DNA of 64,000 bases, taken from the NCBI GenBank assembly GCA_032718475.1, contig JAUCBJ010001004.1:1-64000 (forward strand), written 5' to 3'. Positions 24,411-36,959 of the stretch are shown in pieces. How positions within the stretch are numbered: the first letter of the stretch is position 1; each line of letters begins with the position of its first letter. The notes beneath the pieces are model-generated. The model made no database searches and had not been told where the DNA came from. It saw only the letters and a program-made list of their open reading frames with translations. Origin of the DNA: Nemertoderma westbladi. Taxonomy: Eukaryota > Animalia > Xenacoelomorpha. A program made the translations under genes and the position numbers.

Positions 24411-24469
24411 GCTTCTTTATTGCAGTAAGCAATAAAGTTGAAAGTACCGGTCAACCGGTAAACCTGAAC

Positions 24470-25320
24470 GGTACATCTGTAGGTCAGTAGGCCCAACCGC
24501 CAGAACCGGTACTGCCGTAGGTCCGTAGGTCCAACTGCCAGAACCGGTACTTCTGTAGGTCCGTAGGCCTAGCTGTCCTAACCGGTACTTCCGTATAAGT
24601 ACACTAGTATTATTCGATTTGATTGTTGCATACCGGTAGGCTGTTAAGGGATTAGGGATTGATCACCCCTTATTCCTTTATATGGTTTACTTATTTCTGT
24701 CAAGTTTTATTTATTTGTAGGCCAGTATTGAACAGAAGGCGTGTAAACCTGATCAGATTGTACAGACGATTTGTAGGCTGAGCTGTTGTCTGATTGCTGT
24801 TAAGTCCGAACGAATTGCAGTGTGTGTAGATCACCTGTCCGATTAAGTACGGTTAGGAAGTAGGGGCAGCGAATGCTGTAAGGTAAACCCTCAACTAAAG
24901 AATAAGTCGTACTACTGGGTTAGAACGTATACTCCCTAATCATTTCGGAGTCTGCATGTCCTGTAGTTTATTTAGGCTTGAGAGTAGTCTGCCATCGTTT
25001 AGTCTGTACTTTGTTTGTGTAAGTCTGTACGGGTAGCGTATAATTTTATTTAGATAATTTGTAGGCTGGATAGTTGTCTGGCTGTTATTAGGTCTGAACG
25101 GATTGCAGTGTGTGTAGATCACTTGTCCGATTAAGTACGGTTAGGAAGTAGGGGCAGCGAACGCTGTAAGGTAAACCCCCAACTAAAGAATAAGTCGTAC
25201 TACTGGGTTAGAACGCATACTCCCTAATCATTTCGGAGTCTGCATGTCCTGTAGTTTGTTTAGGCTTGATAGTAGTCTGTCAGTGTTCGGTCTGCATTTT
25301 GTTTGAGTAGTTTGTACGCG
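24470..25320 (+). repeat. Leader repeats of B: short CCAGAACCGGTAC..GTAGG units and a 288-bp direct repeat
   Basis: GATTAAGTACGGTTAGG at 24841 and 25129; equivalent repeats in A at ~46470-46960 and ~47150-47290. Confidence 0.85.
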
Positions 25321-26653
25321 TAGCGTAATATTTATTATTCAGAGTTTATGCGATTATCCGCAACATTCATTCCCCAAGTTTGTTCCTACAGTAATTGTGT
25401 TTGTTATACATACCGCTATAGTTAAATTAACCCCGGTACTACACGGGCTGCTTGGCGTAGGTAAAGACTGGTGATTCTGTGCATCGGTCACTCCAGCAGA
25501 TGCCGTGGTTCTTTTAGCTGTTCAAGTATATTTAACTACTGATTATCTGTTGTACAAGTACTCGTACCTAATTTAGGGTTTAGTGTACAGTGCTTTCCGA
25601 AAGTAATTAGTGAAGACATTATATTTGTGTTGTAAAGTGGTTGATAGGCACGTTCGATTAGCTCTATTAACTTCTAGGTAGGAACACTCCGTGATACATA
25701 ACGTAGAACCTATAGCGATACGGCTATAGGTCGTCAGGCGGTGGTATTTTCCTATCTGGACAACGCAGTGTATTTACTACTACTTATTATTTCAAATACC
25801 GTAGTATCCTGTCCGTTGTAATAACCAGAATTCTAACCCTTTGTTAGGCTGGTTAGTAGACTTCTTGTAAAATTACCCTAAAAATTCGTATTTTGTGTTT
25901 TTTGTAAATTTTTGTGTTTATTTAGAGATTGTAATCTCAACCCGAATTGTACGTAATTTGTAGTATTAAGTAACTTAGGTAAATTAGTATTATTTGTTTT
26001 AGTGTCCTATAAGTAACACTTCACTGAAAGCGCACCGCTTTGTGTAGTGATTACTCCCCAGAAATAATAACATTTATTTCAAACATTGACTAAACCCATT
26101 CAAACGGGTATATATATATTATAAATCAAATCTAACAATTTATAAATAGTAGGCCTACCATATACCAATTAGGTCTCAATATCAGTTGGACTACTGCTTA
26201 AATAACGGTAATAAAGTAAGTTAAAGTAACCAAGTAACCCTAAAGTTCAGAAATTCAATTATTCTAAAATAATTGATATACCGGTATTTACGATAGGCCT
26301 ATTATAATATTTATATTTGTGCTGAAAGCATACCGGTATTCTGTAATTAATTCAGTTAATAATTATACTTATATATACACTACAAACTGTCAGCTGTACC
26401 GGTATTCCCGATAGGCCTATTATATATTTATATATATTTGTGCTAAAATTATACCGGTATTCGGTGATAAACCTAGTCTGTAATAATAGTTATATATACT
26501 ATAAGCATACCGGTATTCTAATATATTATATATATATCACGCTACACTGAGTAGCAGTACCGGTAATTAATTATTAGGCTAGCAGTTAATACTGAGTTAC
26601 TAGACTTGCTCAGACTGTAATACAGCAGTAGACATTCAACTGTATACATAGTC

Positions 26654-29600
26654 ATGTCTGATACTAAGCAGAACCTGTCAGACAGTATATTAGATGTAAC
26701 TATCTGCGACTCAGATAGAGACGTACAACCGTCTGGTCGTAAATTCTGTTCACCTCCCACTGTGAGGAAGGTCATCCCTCCAGTAGTAATAACAGAACCT
26801 AGGCTAGTCCAACATCGTAGGTCTATCATAGGCACTCGAGCTCAGGTCAAGCGGGACCAAGAAGCAGCGGAACAGTAACAACCCGCGAGTCAAGAACTTA
26901 TTCCTCAGCGGCCCAGCAGCTCCAGTAGTGAGGATACTGTAGAGCTGACACCCGAGCGCGGAGCAGAGATGACGGATGCGGTTTATACGGATCCCCTTCT
27001 CATCCTTCCAGCAGCCGTACTCACTAGGTTATTGATCGCGGTGGAAGAACACCAGATCGATTGGGCGAGAAGTCAACGGACAACTAGAGATAGTTACGCG
27101 GGATACACGAGTGAAGAACTGAAGTCCATTGTCGAGTCGCAATGGAACTTTCCCGGACCCGGACTCCCGTTTGATTTATCAGAAGCTGCCTGGGAAGACA
27201 TACACCGGATGGGAGTAGCCAAGGAAACCATCGATCCAGCTGTATGGAAGAGGTCCGCAGCCGGATACGCACAGGGATTCTTCAGCTCTATGGAGCGAGT
27301 AGAAAGACAACTGTTTAAACAACCTCAAGGACCTCAAGAGCAGGGACAGCTGCTTTATCAAGTTAGAGAAAGAGTTCTGCGAATTAGGCTAATCTTATCC
27401 GCCTTTGAGGAGGCTTCTAAAAGAAGACAAGACACGTCGTTGCAAGTTGCCGTAAAGACTTGGCTTCAAAGGGTGAGACGCCAGGTTCAAGGAGCAGCTC
27501 AGTGGAAAGCTCAGTTGGAGGAGCGCTCAACACATGGAGAATCGACGGACGCTACTTTTTCCCAAGTGGAAAGTGAAGCGACGGCAGAGAAACCGCATAA
27601 GAAGGATGCCATTGATATTTATCTGTCAGACTATCAGCGTTTTTTGGGAGATGAAGAGTTGAGGAGAAGGCTAGAGGGACTTAGCCCTAATAGCGAAGGA
27701 GCCAAACTTGTGTTAGATGCGATTGATGTGGATAGGTTAGCGGCGAACCAAGCTAAATTCGATGAACAACTCCGCATCGCTAGAGAAAAGGAAGAACAAG
27801 TAAGGAAAAAACGTATAGAAGATAGAAAGACAGCAGCAGCGGCAGTGGCAGCGGCAGAAGCGGAAAGAAAGGCAGCAGAGGCAGCGGCAGAGGCAAAAGC
27901 GGCAGCTGCAGCCGTAGAAGCGGAAAGGAAAGCGGCAGCGGCAGAAGCAAAAGTGGCAGCGGCAGCTGCAGCCGTAGAAGCGGAAAGGAAAGCGGCAGCG
28001 GCAGAAGCGGAAAGAAAGATAGCAGTGGCAGAAGCAGAACGGAGGGCATCTGAAGAGACAACCCAACTAGAGTTGGAAAATCTTCAAGAGAGGCAAGATA
28101 ACTTTAATAAACAGTTAACAGCTAGTAATATGCAGATGATGAATCGATCTACTCCCAAACGACAAGGTTATACATCATCTGAGGAAGGCGATACCACCGA
28201 CACTGAAGGCGGAGGAAATCGATCCCGCCTAAGCAGATGTAAAAGAACATTCCACCGTCAGAAATTGCCTGATTTGCCTCCAGCTGTTAGAAGGCAACTA
28301 AATAACACCAACTTAGAGAGTACAGAACCCACAGACCAAATAATTACAATAGAAAGACTCCCTACTATAGTAGATGAGCCTGAAATAAGTAGGCCTGTTC
28401 TTGAAATCACCCCTTCGGTAATAGATACACCTGTGCTCCCTGAAGCTACCTATAAATTCCCTCTAAATTCCCTCTGCATAGCACTAAGCTACCTGTGCCC
28501 CGTAGAACTGCCCAGGAGACAGTTCAGGTCCTGGACCCCGAGCGAAATATTCCAAATTTGTCGCCCGTTGTCCCTCGTCTGCCCGCTACGACGTTGGCGG
28601 ATCCCGTTTCGGCGGTTGATTGGGTAGACGAGAGACGGCGGGGGATGGATATTCTCCTAGGAGAGATGAAGGAGAATCGGATACGCTCTTCCCAACAGGT
28701 CCGAGAGTTGGAAGGGACTGTCCAACATTTAAAAGGAACAGTGAGGGAAAGTAAGTTAGAGTTGCAAGAAGTGCAGCAAAGTATCGCGCTAGAGCGCGAT
28801 AAATTAGTAAATACTCAAAGAGGTATACCACCACCCTCTGTAACAATGTGTCAACCTGTTAGGTCTGAAGTATCGCATGCGCAAGGTGTGGAGCCTACAC
28901 GCATATATACTGCTAGCGAAGTAGAAACTCCTATAGTGAACCCTATTAAGGGAAATTATAGACCTGTTGATAATGATATTCCCTATAGAACTGATCATAA
29001 TCCGAGAAATTTATATACCGATAATTCGATATTAAATAACACGATGGCCCAAGAAAGTTTTACGCGTCAAATGGCTAGAACCGAAGCCCGGCAAGCGGTA
29101 AAGGTGGGAGAGATCGTCAAGTTCAATGGAGATGAGATGAAATGGTTACCTTTTAATGAATATTACAAAGATAACATACAGAATTCTGTACTATCTAATG
29201 GAGAAAAACTTAGATACCTCATCGAGTGCTTGGAAGGATCTCCCAAATTAATGGCGTTAAAGTTTATTGGACATCCAGACGGATTAAGACAAGTTTGGGA
29301 TACACTAAACATCAGGTATGGTAATAGGAATAATATCGCTGGGTACTTATATGCAAAGTTAGTAGCGCCCCGAAAGTTTATTAGTAGTGGAATTATCGAG
29401 TTTTCCGATGAGATCCAGGAGATCTGCAGACAATTAGATTGGCTAGGTAAGTCTCATGAGTATCAGAACACTATGGTTATTAGAGCAGTGGCTTCTACTT
29501 TACCGAAAGGTGGAGTAGGTACACGCTGGGATAAGAAAGTGTTATATATGATGGAACAACAACGACGAGACCCTACCATGGCTGATCTCATGTCATTCCT

Positions 29601-32600
29601 AGATGGAGAAGTGAAATTACAGCTCCTGAAACTGTCCAGAGAGAAGACACCGGAAAACAAGGTAAGTGAAAAACCCGTCTCTAGGAGAAAGGTAACACCA
29701 GTATGTTATACCGATGACGGCGAAAGCCAAACTTCTCAAGGAGAAGATAGCGGGAAGGACACGGATAGATCTTATTACGTGAATAAAATGCCTAAAGATC
29801 AGGTAAGTAAATTCAAGTCTCGAACAAATGACAGGAGGGAACAGGTAAGAAAAACTCCTCCCACGTCTCCCAAGAGAATTCAGGTGAGAAAGCCCGAAGA
29901 AAAGGCAAGTGTACACAATGTGACTCAAAATAAGGTAAGTAACATCAAACCGAAATGTGCGCTGTGCGACGGGACCCACCATTTGAATAGGTGTGATGAA
30001 TTTCTAAAGAAATCATTAACAGAGAGACGCGAAGTCATGTGGGATAAGCGGTTATGTTATAATTGCCTCAGACAAGGACACCAACGGCGAACCTGTTTCT
30101 CTGACATAAGGTGTGCAAAGTGTGGTGCGAAACATCATATCTTGTTGCACGCTGAATTCGATCGAAATAGTCCGAATCAGGTAAGTGATTCCGAGCTACA
30201 TGTCCAATTCAGTGATGTGAACGACACTGATCAATCTGAGATGGAAGGATTCTATACAGACGAGTTCTCCGACGAAAACGAATCCTGTTACATGATAAAT
30301 ACCGCAGTGTATCGAGCACTCACATATGAAAAGGATCCAGATAACGACTTTACTCTAACTACTTCTGAGCGACAACCATCTTGGAAAGAGCCATCTTCCA
30401 ATGTAGGGATCCGAGAGTTTCCTGTGGTGCAAGTAAGGGTTCACGGACCTAAGAGGAGTTATGTAGTGAACGCCCTCCTGGACTCCGGCAGCACAGGAAC
30501 ATTCATCGATAAAGAGTTAGCCGAAGATATATTTGCTGGACAACCCAAGTTCCAAACTAAGCTCAACATGTCAGGCATTATGCAAGTTTGGAAATCTACA
30601 ATAACAGCTGATTATTATGTAGGAGCGTTGTCCACCCCCCAAGACGAACTAGGAGAACACAGCATAAGGTCAGTGAAAATGGTGGCTATAAAGAACTTCG
30701 CTACTACTCAAGCAGACCTTTATAATTGGGACGAGGATGAGAGCATCCAACATCTTAACATACCTCGATTCCAGACTGATTATCCTGGAGTGCAAATACT
30801 CATCGGCCAAAACGCGCATGAGGCGCTGGAGACGTTAGAGAAACGGCCTGCTCAACCGCAGCCCCTACAGACCTATGCGGTGAGAACTAGAGTAGGTTGG
30901 TACTTTACTGGCCCTTCCCGTAGAACACTCCGAGAAAGACTACCGCCAGAGAGCGTATGCCAGGTGAGTGAATGGGAAGATGATACCAGTGAGGGAGACA
31001 ACTCAACTGAGGGAATTCCATACTCCTCAGATAATGACGACGTTCACCAGCTTTTTGATGAGGAGAATACCATCGATCTCCTTAAGGAAAACGAGGCTTG
31101 GCAAAACCAAGTAAACTTATGTCAACTTCTCTATCCATCTGAACGAGAAGCTTACAACGACGAGTTAAATGACGTCATTGAGCGTTGCAATGCCAAGACT
31201 CGAGATGAACATGCTGTACGATTCTTTACGCAAGAGGCGGTAGAGCCCAATTCCTACGATAAAGCCTTGTCGGTGGAAGAGGAAAGGGCCAAGCAGATCC
31301 AAGAGACGACTACACGTTTCCTCAAAGATCAAGGTAGGTATGAAGTCGGTTTACCTTTTCGCAAGAGAGAACCGAAGTTCATCAATAACAGACCCCTGGC
31401 GGAAAAAAGAATCGCGCAACTCCATCGACGCCTTACAGCTAATTCTTCAGCTAAAGCAATGTATCAAACACAGCTGGAAAAATTTATTAGTAAGGGATAC
31501 GCGGAGAGGGTACCGGAAGAAACACCTGTGACTGAAAGAACGTATTATTTAACTCACCATTACGTTCCTAAACCCGGTAAACCAAATGAAGTGAGAGTAG
31601 TGTTTGATGGCTCCGCTCTTTACATGGGTCAATCCCTTAACTCTGAATTGTTACCCGGACCCAACTTGCTTCAATCTTTGTTGGGAATTCTTTTAAGATT
31701 GAGACAATATTCGATTGCTTTCGCCTCCGATATAGAAGGCATGTTCTTACAAGTCAAGGTGTTAGATAGGGATCGAGATAGTCTACGATTTCTGTGGTGG
31801 CCCGAAGGAGACCTCAACCAGAAACCGGTGGAGTACTGGATGACCATCCAGGCCTTTGGGATAATCTCAAGCCCTTCCAACGCCTGTTCGGTAGTGCGTA
31901 CTACTGCAGAGGACAACAGAGAGGCCTTCTCTAAGGAAGTGATCGACAACATCAAGAGAGACATATACATGGACGACAATCTGAAGTCCCTTCCATCAGT
32001 TGAGGAAGCCATTGAGGTCGCTAAGGGAACGGTAGAGTGCTTAAAAAGAGGTGGGTTTCGATTAACCAAATTCACCAGCAACTCCCGTGAGTTTCTGGAG
32101 TCGATCCCTGCGGAAGATCGCGGAGCGAAAGATCTCGATTTGATCAAAGATGATCTGCCAGAAACCAAGACACTCGGCTTGAAATGGGACACAGAGAGAG
32201 ATATCCTGTTTTTCCAACTAAAACAGCGAGATAATCCTGTTCGAACCAAACGGATTTGCTTAAGTATACTGAGCACTTATTTCGATCCATTGGGATTTAT
32301 TAGCCCAGTTATATTGATTGCTCGTAGTTTGGTACAACAAATGTGGCTTGAAAACCACTCATGGGACGATCCACTTAAGGGGGAATTATTGAAGCAGTGG
32401 ATGAAATGGGAAGATTCTCTGCCAGCTATCGAGGATTTTATAATTTCCCGTTCATATTTTGGTCATGTTCTCCCTACGTATTCCTATCAACTCCATGTGT
32501 TTGGAGACGCCAGCGATATGGGAATCGGTATAGTAGCCTACCTAAGAGTGGAAACTCCGGATGGAATCAAAGTCGCCTTGGTTACTTCTAAGGCATTAAT

Positions 32601-34851
32601 CAACAACAAGTTGAAAGTTCCTCGAGCGGAGTTAAAGGCGGCTCTATACGCTACAGCCATCGGCCGGAATGTAACCGAACAGATTGACTATACATTAGAG
32701 AAAACTGTCTATTGGACCGACGCTTTACTCGTGTTAGAGTATATAACCAATGAAGTCTGTCAGTTCAGCGTCTTCGTTACCAACAGGGTAGCCATCATAC
32801 TTAGTCGCACGACGATGGACCAATGGAGACATTGCCCCGGAACGATTAACCCAGCAGACATCGCGTCCCGAGGAGCGACTCCAAAGGAATTGGTAAATAC
32901 TCCCGAATGGTTAGGAGGACCCGACTTTCTCTACAGAGAAGAAGAAGAATGGCCTCCCCATCTCACAACAGCAGAGATCAGACAGGCCAAGGGAGCGGAG
33001 AAAGTTAAACCCAAAACTCGAGCGAGTAAATCGAAGTTGTTTAAACCTGCGGTTGATCTATCTGTATTATTTACTTCCGGAGAGGATGCTTTGGATCAGA
33101 AACCCACCGCCACGACGAAAGAAGTCTTGGAAATCCGTGACAAGGATTGGAAATCTAGAATACCAGATATCGCGCAAGGACTCTCACCTCTCTTGCAGAG
33201 AGCGATACGTCACTACAGTTCCTGGAATCGACTCTGTAAAGCTGTCACCTATTTAAAACGATGTTTTCATCATCGTTACTCCGGGACAAAGCCCAATAGT
33301 GATGATGCTCCATCAACATCTGCACGAGTCCATGTTGTTAAAGATCTTCCACAATACAAGGTATCCGACAGGTTTCTAAAGGAGAAGATCAGCTACCAGG
33401 AGCATGATGAAACCAACAAACAGATGCTGAGACTCCTACAATGCTATGAGGATTCCGATAAGTATTTCCTGTTGTTAAGAAATCCGCAGATGCGCTTAAG
33501 GGATCGCTTCTCTAGTACCATGATAGATGGGTTAATACGTGTTGGAGGTCGGCTCACCAACGCCCCGTTATCCTTTGACACTAAATTTCCCATACTCATT
33601 AGAAATCTTGATATACAAATCAAGATAATTGTGGATGTTCATAGCAAACTGTATCATGCTGGTAGAGAACGAGTTCTGAGCGAAATTCGAACTCGCTACT
33701 ATTTTTATAAACCTCGTAGGGCTCTGAACCAAGTTCTTAGGAATTGTATACCCTGTAGGAAAGCATTCAGTAGGCCTTTGACACAGCGAGAGGCAGAATT
33801 ACCTAGGGAAACAGTAAGCTTCTATGAACCACCCTTTACTAATACCGGTGTGGATTTATTTGGCCCTATTGAAGTATATCGTGCCCGGACTATAGTCAAG
33901 AGATGGTGTGTCATCTTCGTTTGTATGACTTGTAGAGCTATCCACCTCGATATGGTAAACGATCTCTCCACCAACAGCTTCGTGTTGAGTTTACGACGAC
34001 AGATCGCTCGCTTCGGAACCAGTAACACGATGAGATCGGATAAGGGAACGAACTTCATTGGCGCCAACAACGAAATTCAAGCTTACGTAAAGGACTGGAA
34101 CAAAAGACAGGTGGACGATCAGCTAAGGATAACAGCGTCTAGCTGGACCTTCAACGCCGCCGACGCCCCTTGGTGGGGAGGAAGTTGGGAGAGATTGATT
34201 AGGAGCGTGAAGACTGCGTTCCATTTTATTGTGCCCTGTCGCGCTTATCTCACCGACGAACTATTGCGGACGTTAATGGAGGAAATCGCCGCCTATCTCA
34301 ACGAAAGACCGCTTATGCCAGTCTCTTCAAATCCTGATTCCCTGGAAGCGCTAACACCCGCGCACTTTCTACTGAAGAAGCCCGTAGCCATGCTCCCACG
34401 ATCAGAGATCACCGACGGAGACGAGTACTGCCGTCGAACCTGGCAACTTATGCAGTTGCTATCCCGTCGTTTCGCTGACCATTTCGAGAAACATTACCTG
34501 CCCACTCTACAACTTCGAACTAAGTGGTTTGCGCAGCAAGAAAACGTCAGCGCTGGAGACATGGTGCTTATTGTGGACCCCGATCTCCCACGTAAGCGAT
34601 GGCAAACGGGACGTATCATCGAGACTTATATCTCGAGCGATGGTTTGGTGCGATCAGTAGAGCTCGTCGTCATGCGGCGGAACTTTAAGAAACCAGGGAT
34701 AGTCTTTGAGACTCAACAGCTCAATCGCCCAGTGGGACGTTTATGTTTACTGGAAAGAGACAGAGAGCTCTCCGGAAACTATGGAAGGCAAGAAACTCTT
34801 CCCACGACCACTTCCCTAATCCAACCGACATCTAGGGACTCCCCAACTTAA
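26654..34851 (+). pseudogene. gag-pol: Single gag-pol polyprotein of B with one nonsense codon (26876-26878) and one frameshift (~28455-28476); the 28495-34851 portion is open
   Basis: Ala/Glu coiled-coil N-terminus; KFNGDEMKWLPF and KLRYLIECLEG (BEL gag); three CCHC knuckles; ALLDSGS protease; RVVFDGS, SDIEGMFLQV and YMDD RT; RNase H; integrase DLFGP...SDKGTNF...WERL. The frameshift is an 11-nt tandem duplication of AAATTCCCTCT that is absent from A. Confidence 0.95.
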
Positions 34852-36500
34852 TATCGTTCGGAGTGGGCGTGTGACTCTATTATTTTATATTATTTTATTA
34901 TTTTTTACATTTATGTATGTATTACTATGTAATTTTATTATAATCGTTTTATTTAATTTAGTAGAATATTATTTAGCGATTATTTTGTAGAATAGTGCAA
35001 TATATTCGTGTTTATTACGTACGTAATTACTTATATTATATTTAGTGAGACGGCGAAGAAATAATTATTTTTCTCTTTCCTTACTGTCCGTATTATATTA
35101 TAAATACGTAACTACAGTAAGATGAAATGTCCGTACTTATTAAAGTACAATAAAGCCACTACTATATTTAAGTATTATTGGTAGGCAGAGTATTAGGAAT
35201 GCAAAGTTCAGATCCTCGTGTCTCGGCTAAACCAAGCTCTGGGTAGACCTTGGAAACGACTTGCCTCTTCACACTGACATTGCTTCGTGCGATATTGCTC
35301 TCATACCGTATATTAAATAATACATATAGTAGCGTGATGTCCCTTTAACAGTAGCGTATAACGCAAAATAAATCTGTTAAACCCTTTGACCATCTGTAAT
35401 TCTAGTCGATTAAGATATCGTGGCACCCACCGATATACTTGAAAGACAAATTATAGAATCAGTGGTTAACGTCCCCAGACAAGTTCTGGAATAAATCGGT
35501 GCCCATCTCAAATATTAATTAGTTAATATTTACAAATCAAATAAGTCAAAATCTGTAAAATTCAGATCCTTCAACAATTCTAGTCAATTAAGATATCGTA
35601 GCATTTACCGATATTCTTAAAGAGACAATTTTCTTAGAATTAAGGATCTTGTGTCCCTAGACATGTTCTAGAATCAAAATATGCCCATTTAATTATCAAA
35701 TAATAAAATTTCAGGGAATAAATTTAAATTCATGTCTTTTAATGAATTTAATAAATTGCCATTTTACGCGATTTATAACATTCCCAAAATTCCATTAATT
35801 AATAGATCAAGGGAGCGGAGATTTATATTATTATGCATATGAGTGTGCGAAAGTCTCCCAAACATAGTTAATAGCTGATAAAATTCGTAAAGTCATGTAT
35901 AAACAGGACATTGACTATTAAAGAATTCCTATTAAATAACATCCCAGATCTGTATGCATTGGAATTACCCTAATTCTACCGCTAGCTTTATATAATGTCA
36001 CCATAGCAACAACCACGCTAGAATTAGAATTGAGTTAAAAGAACAATAGAAAGCTTGTCCCATTGAATAGCATAGGGAATAAATAGCGCACTGCTAGTAT
36101 CCAAGGATACATAATAATACAGTGACATTCTGGAAGGCATTGACTAACGGACAAATGGCCCGAATGTGCGTAGTTGTGACCAGTTGTGTGGTATTTGTGA
36201 GTTTATAGGTGAATGTTACTGCTAAAGTGTGTTTACAGTAGCTAGTCGCAATCGTAAAGTAACCTAACTCTCCAAGGAATACCTGAAGTACATCTAAGCC
36301 TTTGGGACGGACAGTGGAGTGACTTGTGCCGGTTATCGTTGTCGTTGTACGGCTACGTCGTTGGCGAAAGTACAGCTACAGCGGTACATCGGCGCTGAGA
36401 ATCTCCTACTGTCCGGGGGCAAGGGAGAAATAGGCAGCGACGCCCGCTCGCCTAACGATATATAAACTCATTATAATATTGGTGAACTTGTATAGCAGAT

Positions 36501-36866
36501 ATGACTGAATTAATAGAAGATGATCTTGGTATCAGGGAGAGATATACTCTACCTTTACAAGCGTTTGTCGATAGCTTGATACGCGGCGACGCTGATCCAA
36601 CTACTACGGAGGACGATGGTCGTTATATCGAACCGCCAATGTCCCAGGAGCAACTTACGCGTGAATTGGATTATAGAAAGTTCACTGCTCGCTACACGCA
36701 TCGTAATGGTACGTATATGGACTTCTTGACCACTGGTCATCCTATTGATTTACACGATACGGACGATGTAGACACCGAAAGGGAAATGGTTTTATTTAAA
36801 TATCATGCCCAGCGGAGTCGAAACGATAAATCGAGAATAGAACACGAGAACCCTATTCGAAATTAA
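36501..36866 (+). CDS. Accessory ORF2 of B (acidic, unknown function)
   Basis: 121 aa, conserved in A (18258-18656), and preceded by TAGCAG|ATATG in both elements. Confidence 0.65.
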   Translation: MTELIEDDLGIRERYTLPLQAFVDSLIRGDADPTTTEDDGRYIEPPMSQEQLTRELDYRKFTARYTHRNGTYMDFLTTGHPIDLHDTDDVDTEREMVLFKYHAQRSRNDKSRIEHENPIRN

Positions 36867-36959
36867 CTCGAAGGATAGAACGTGGAAGAAGAATGCGAAA
36901 TAGTTTTTCCTCTGCTCTACCATCGCTGTCGGAGAACATATTAGGCATACAATGGGAAT

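Noticed and set aside
27737-28066. Cys/Arg/Phe-rich and Leu/Pro-rich antisense ORFs (also 43770-44128)
   Set aside because: Shadow frames of the Ala/Glu/Lys coiled-coil repeat in gag
28455-28495. Programmed gag/pol ribosomal frameshift in B
   Set aside because: Explained by an 11-nt tandem duplication; element A reads through this point in one frame, so it is a mutation
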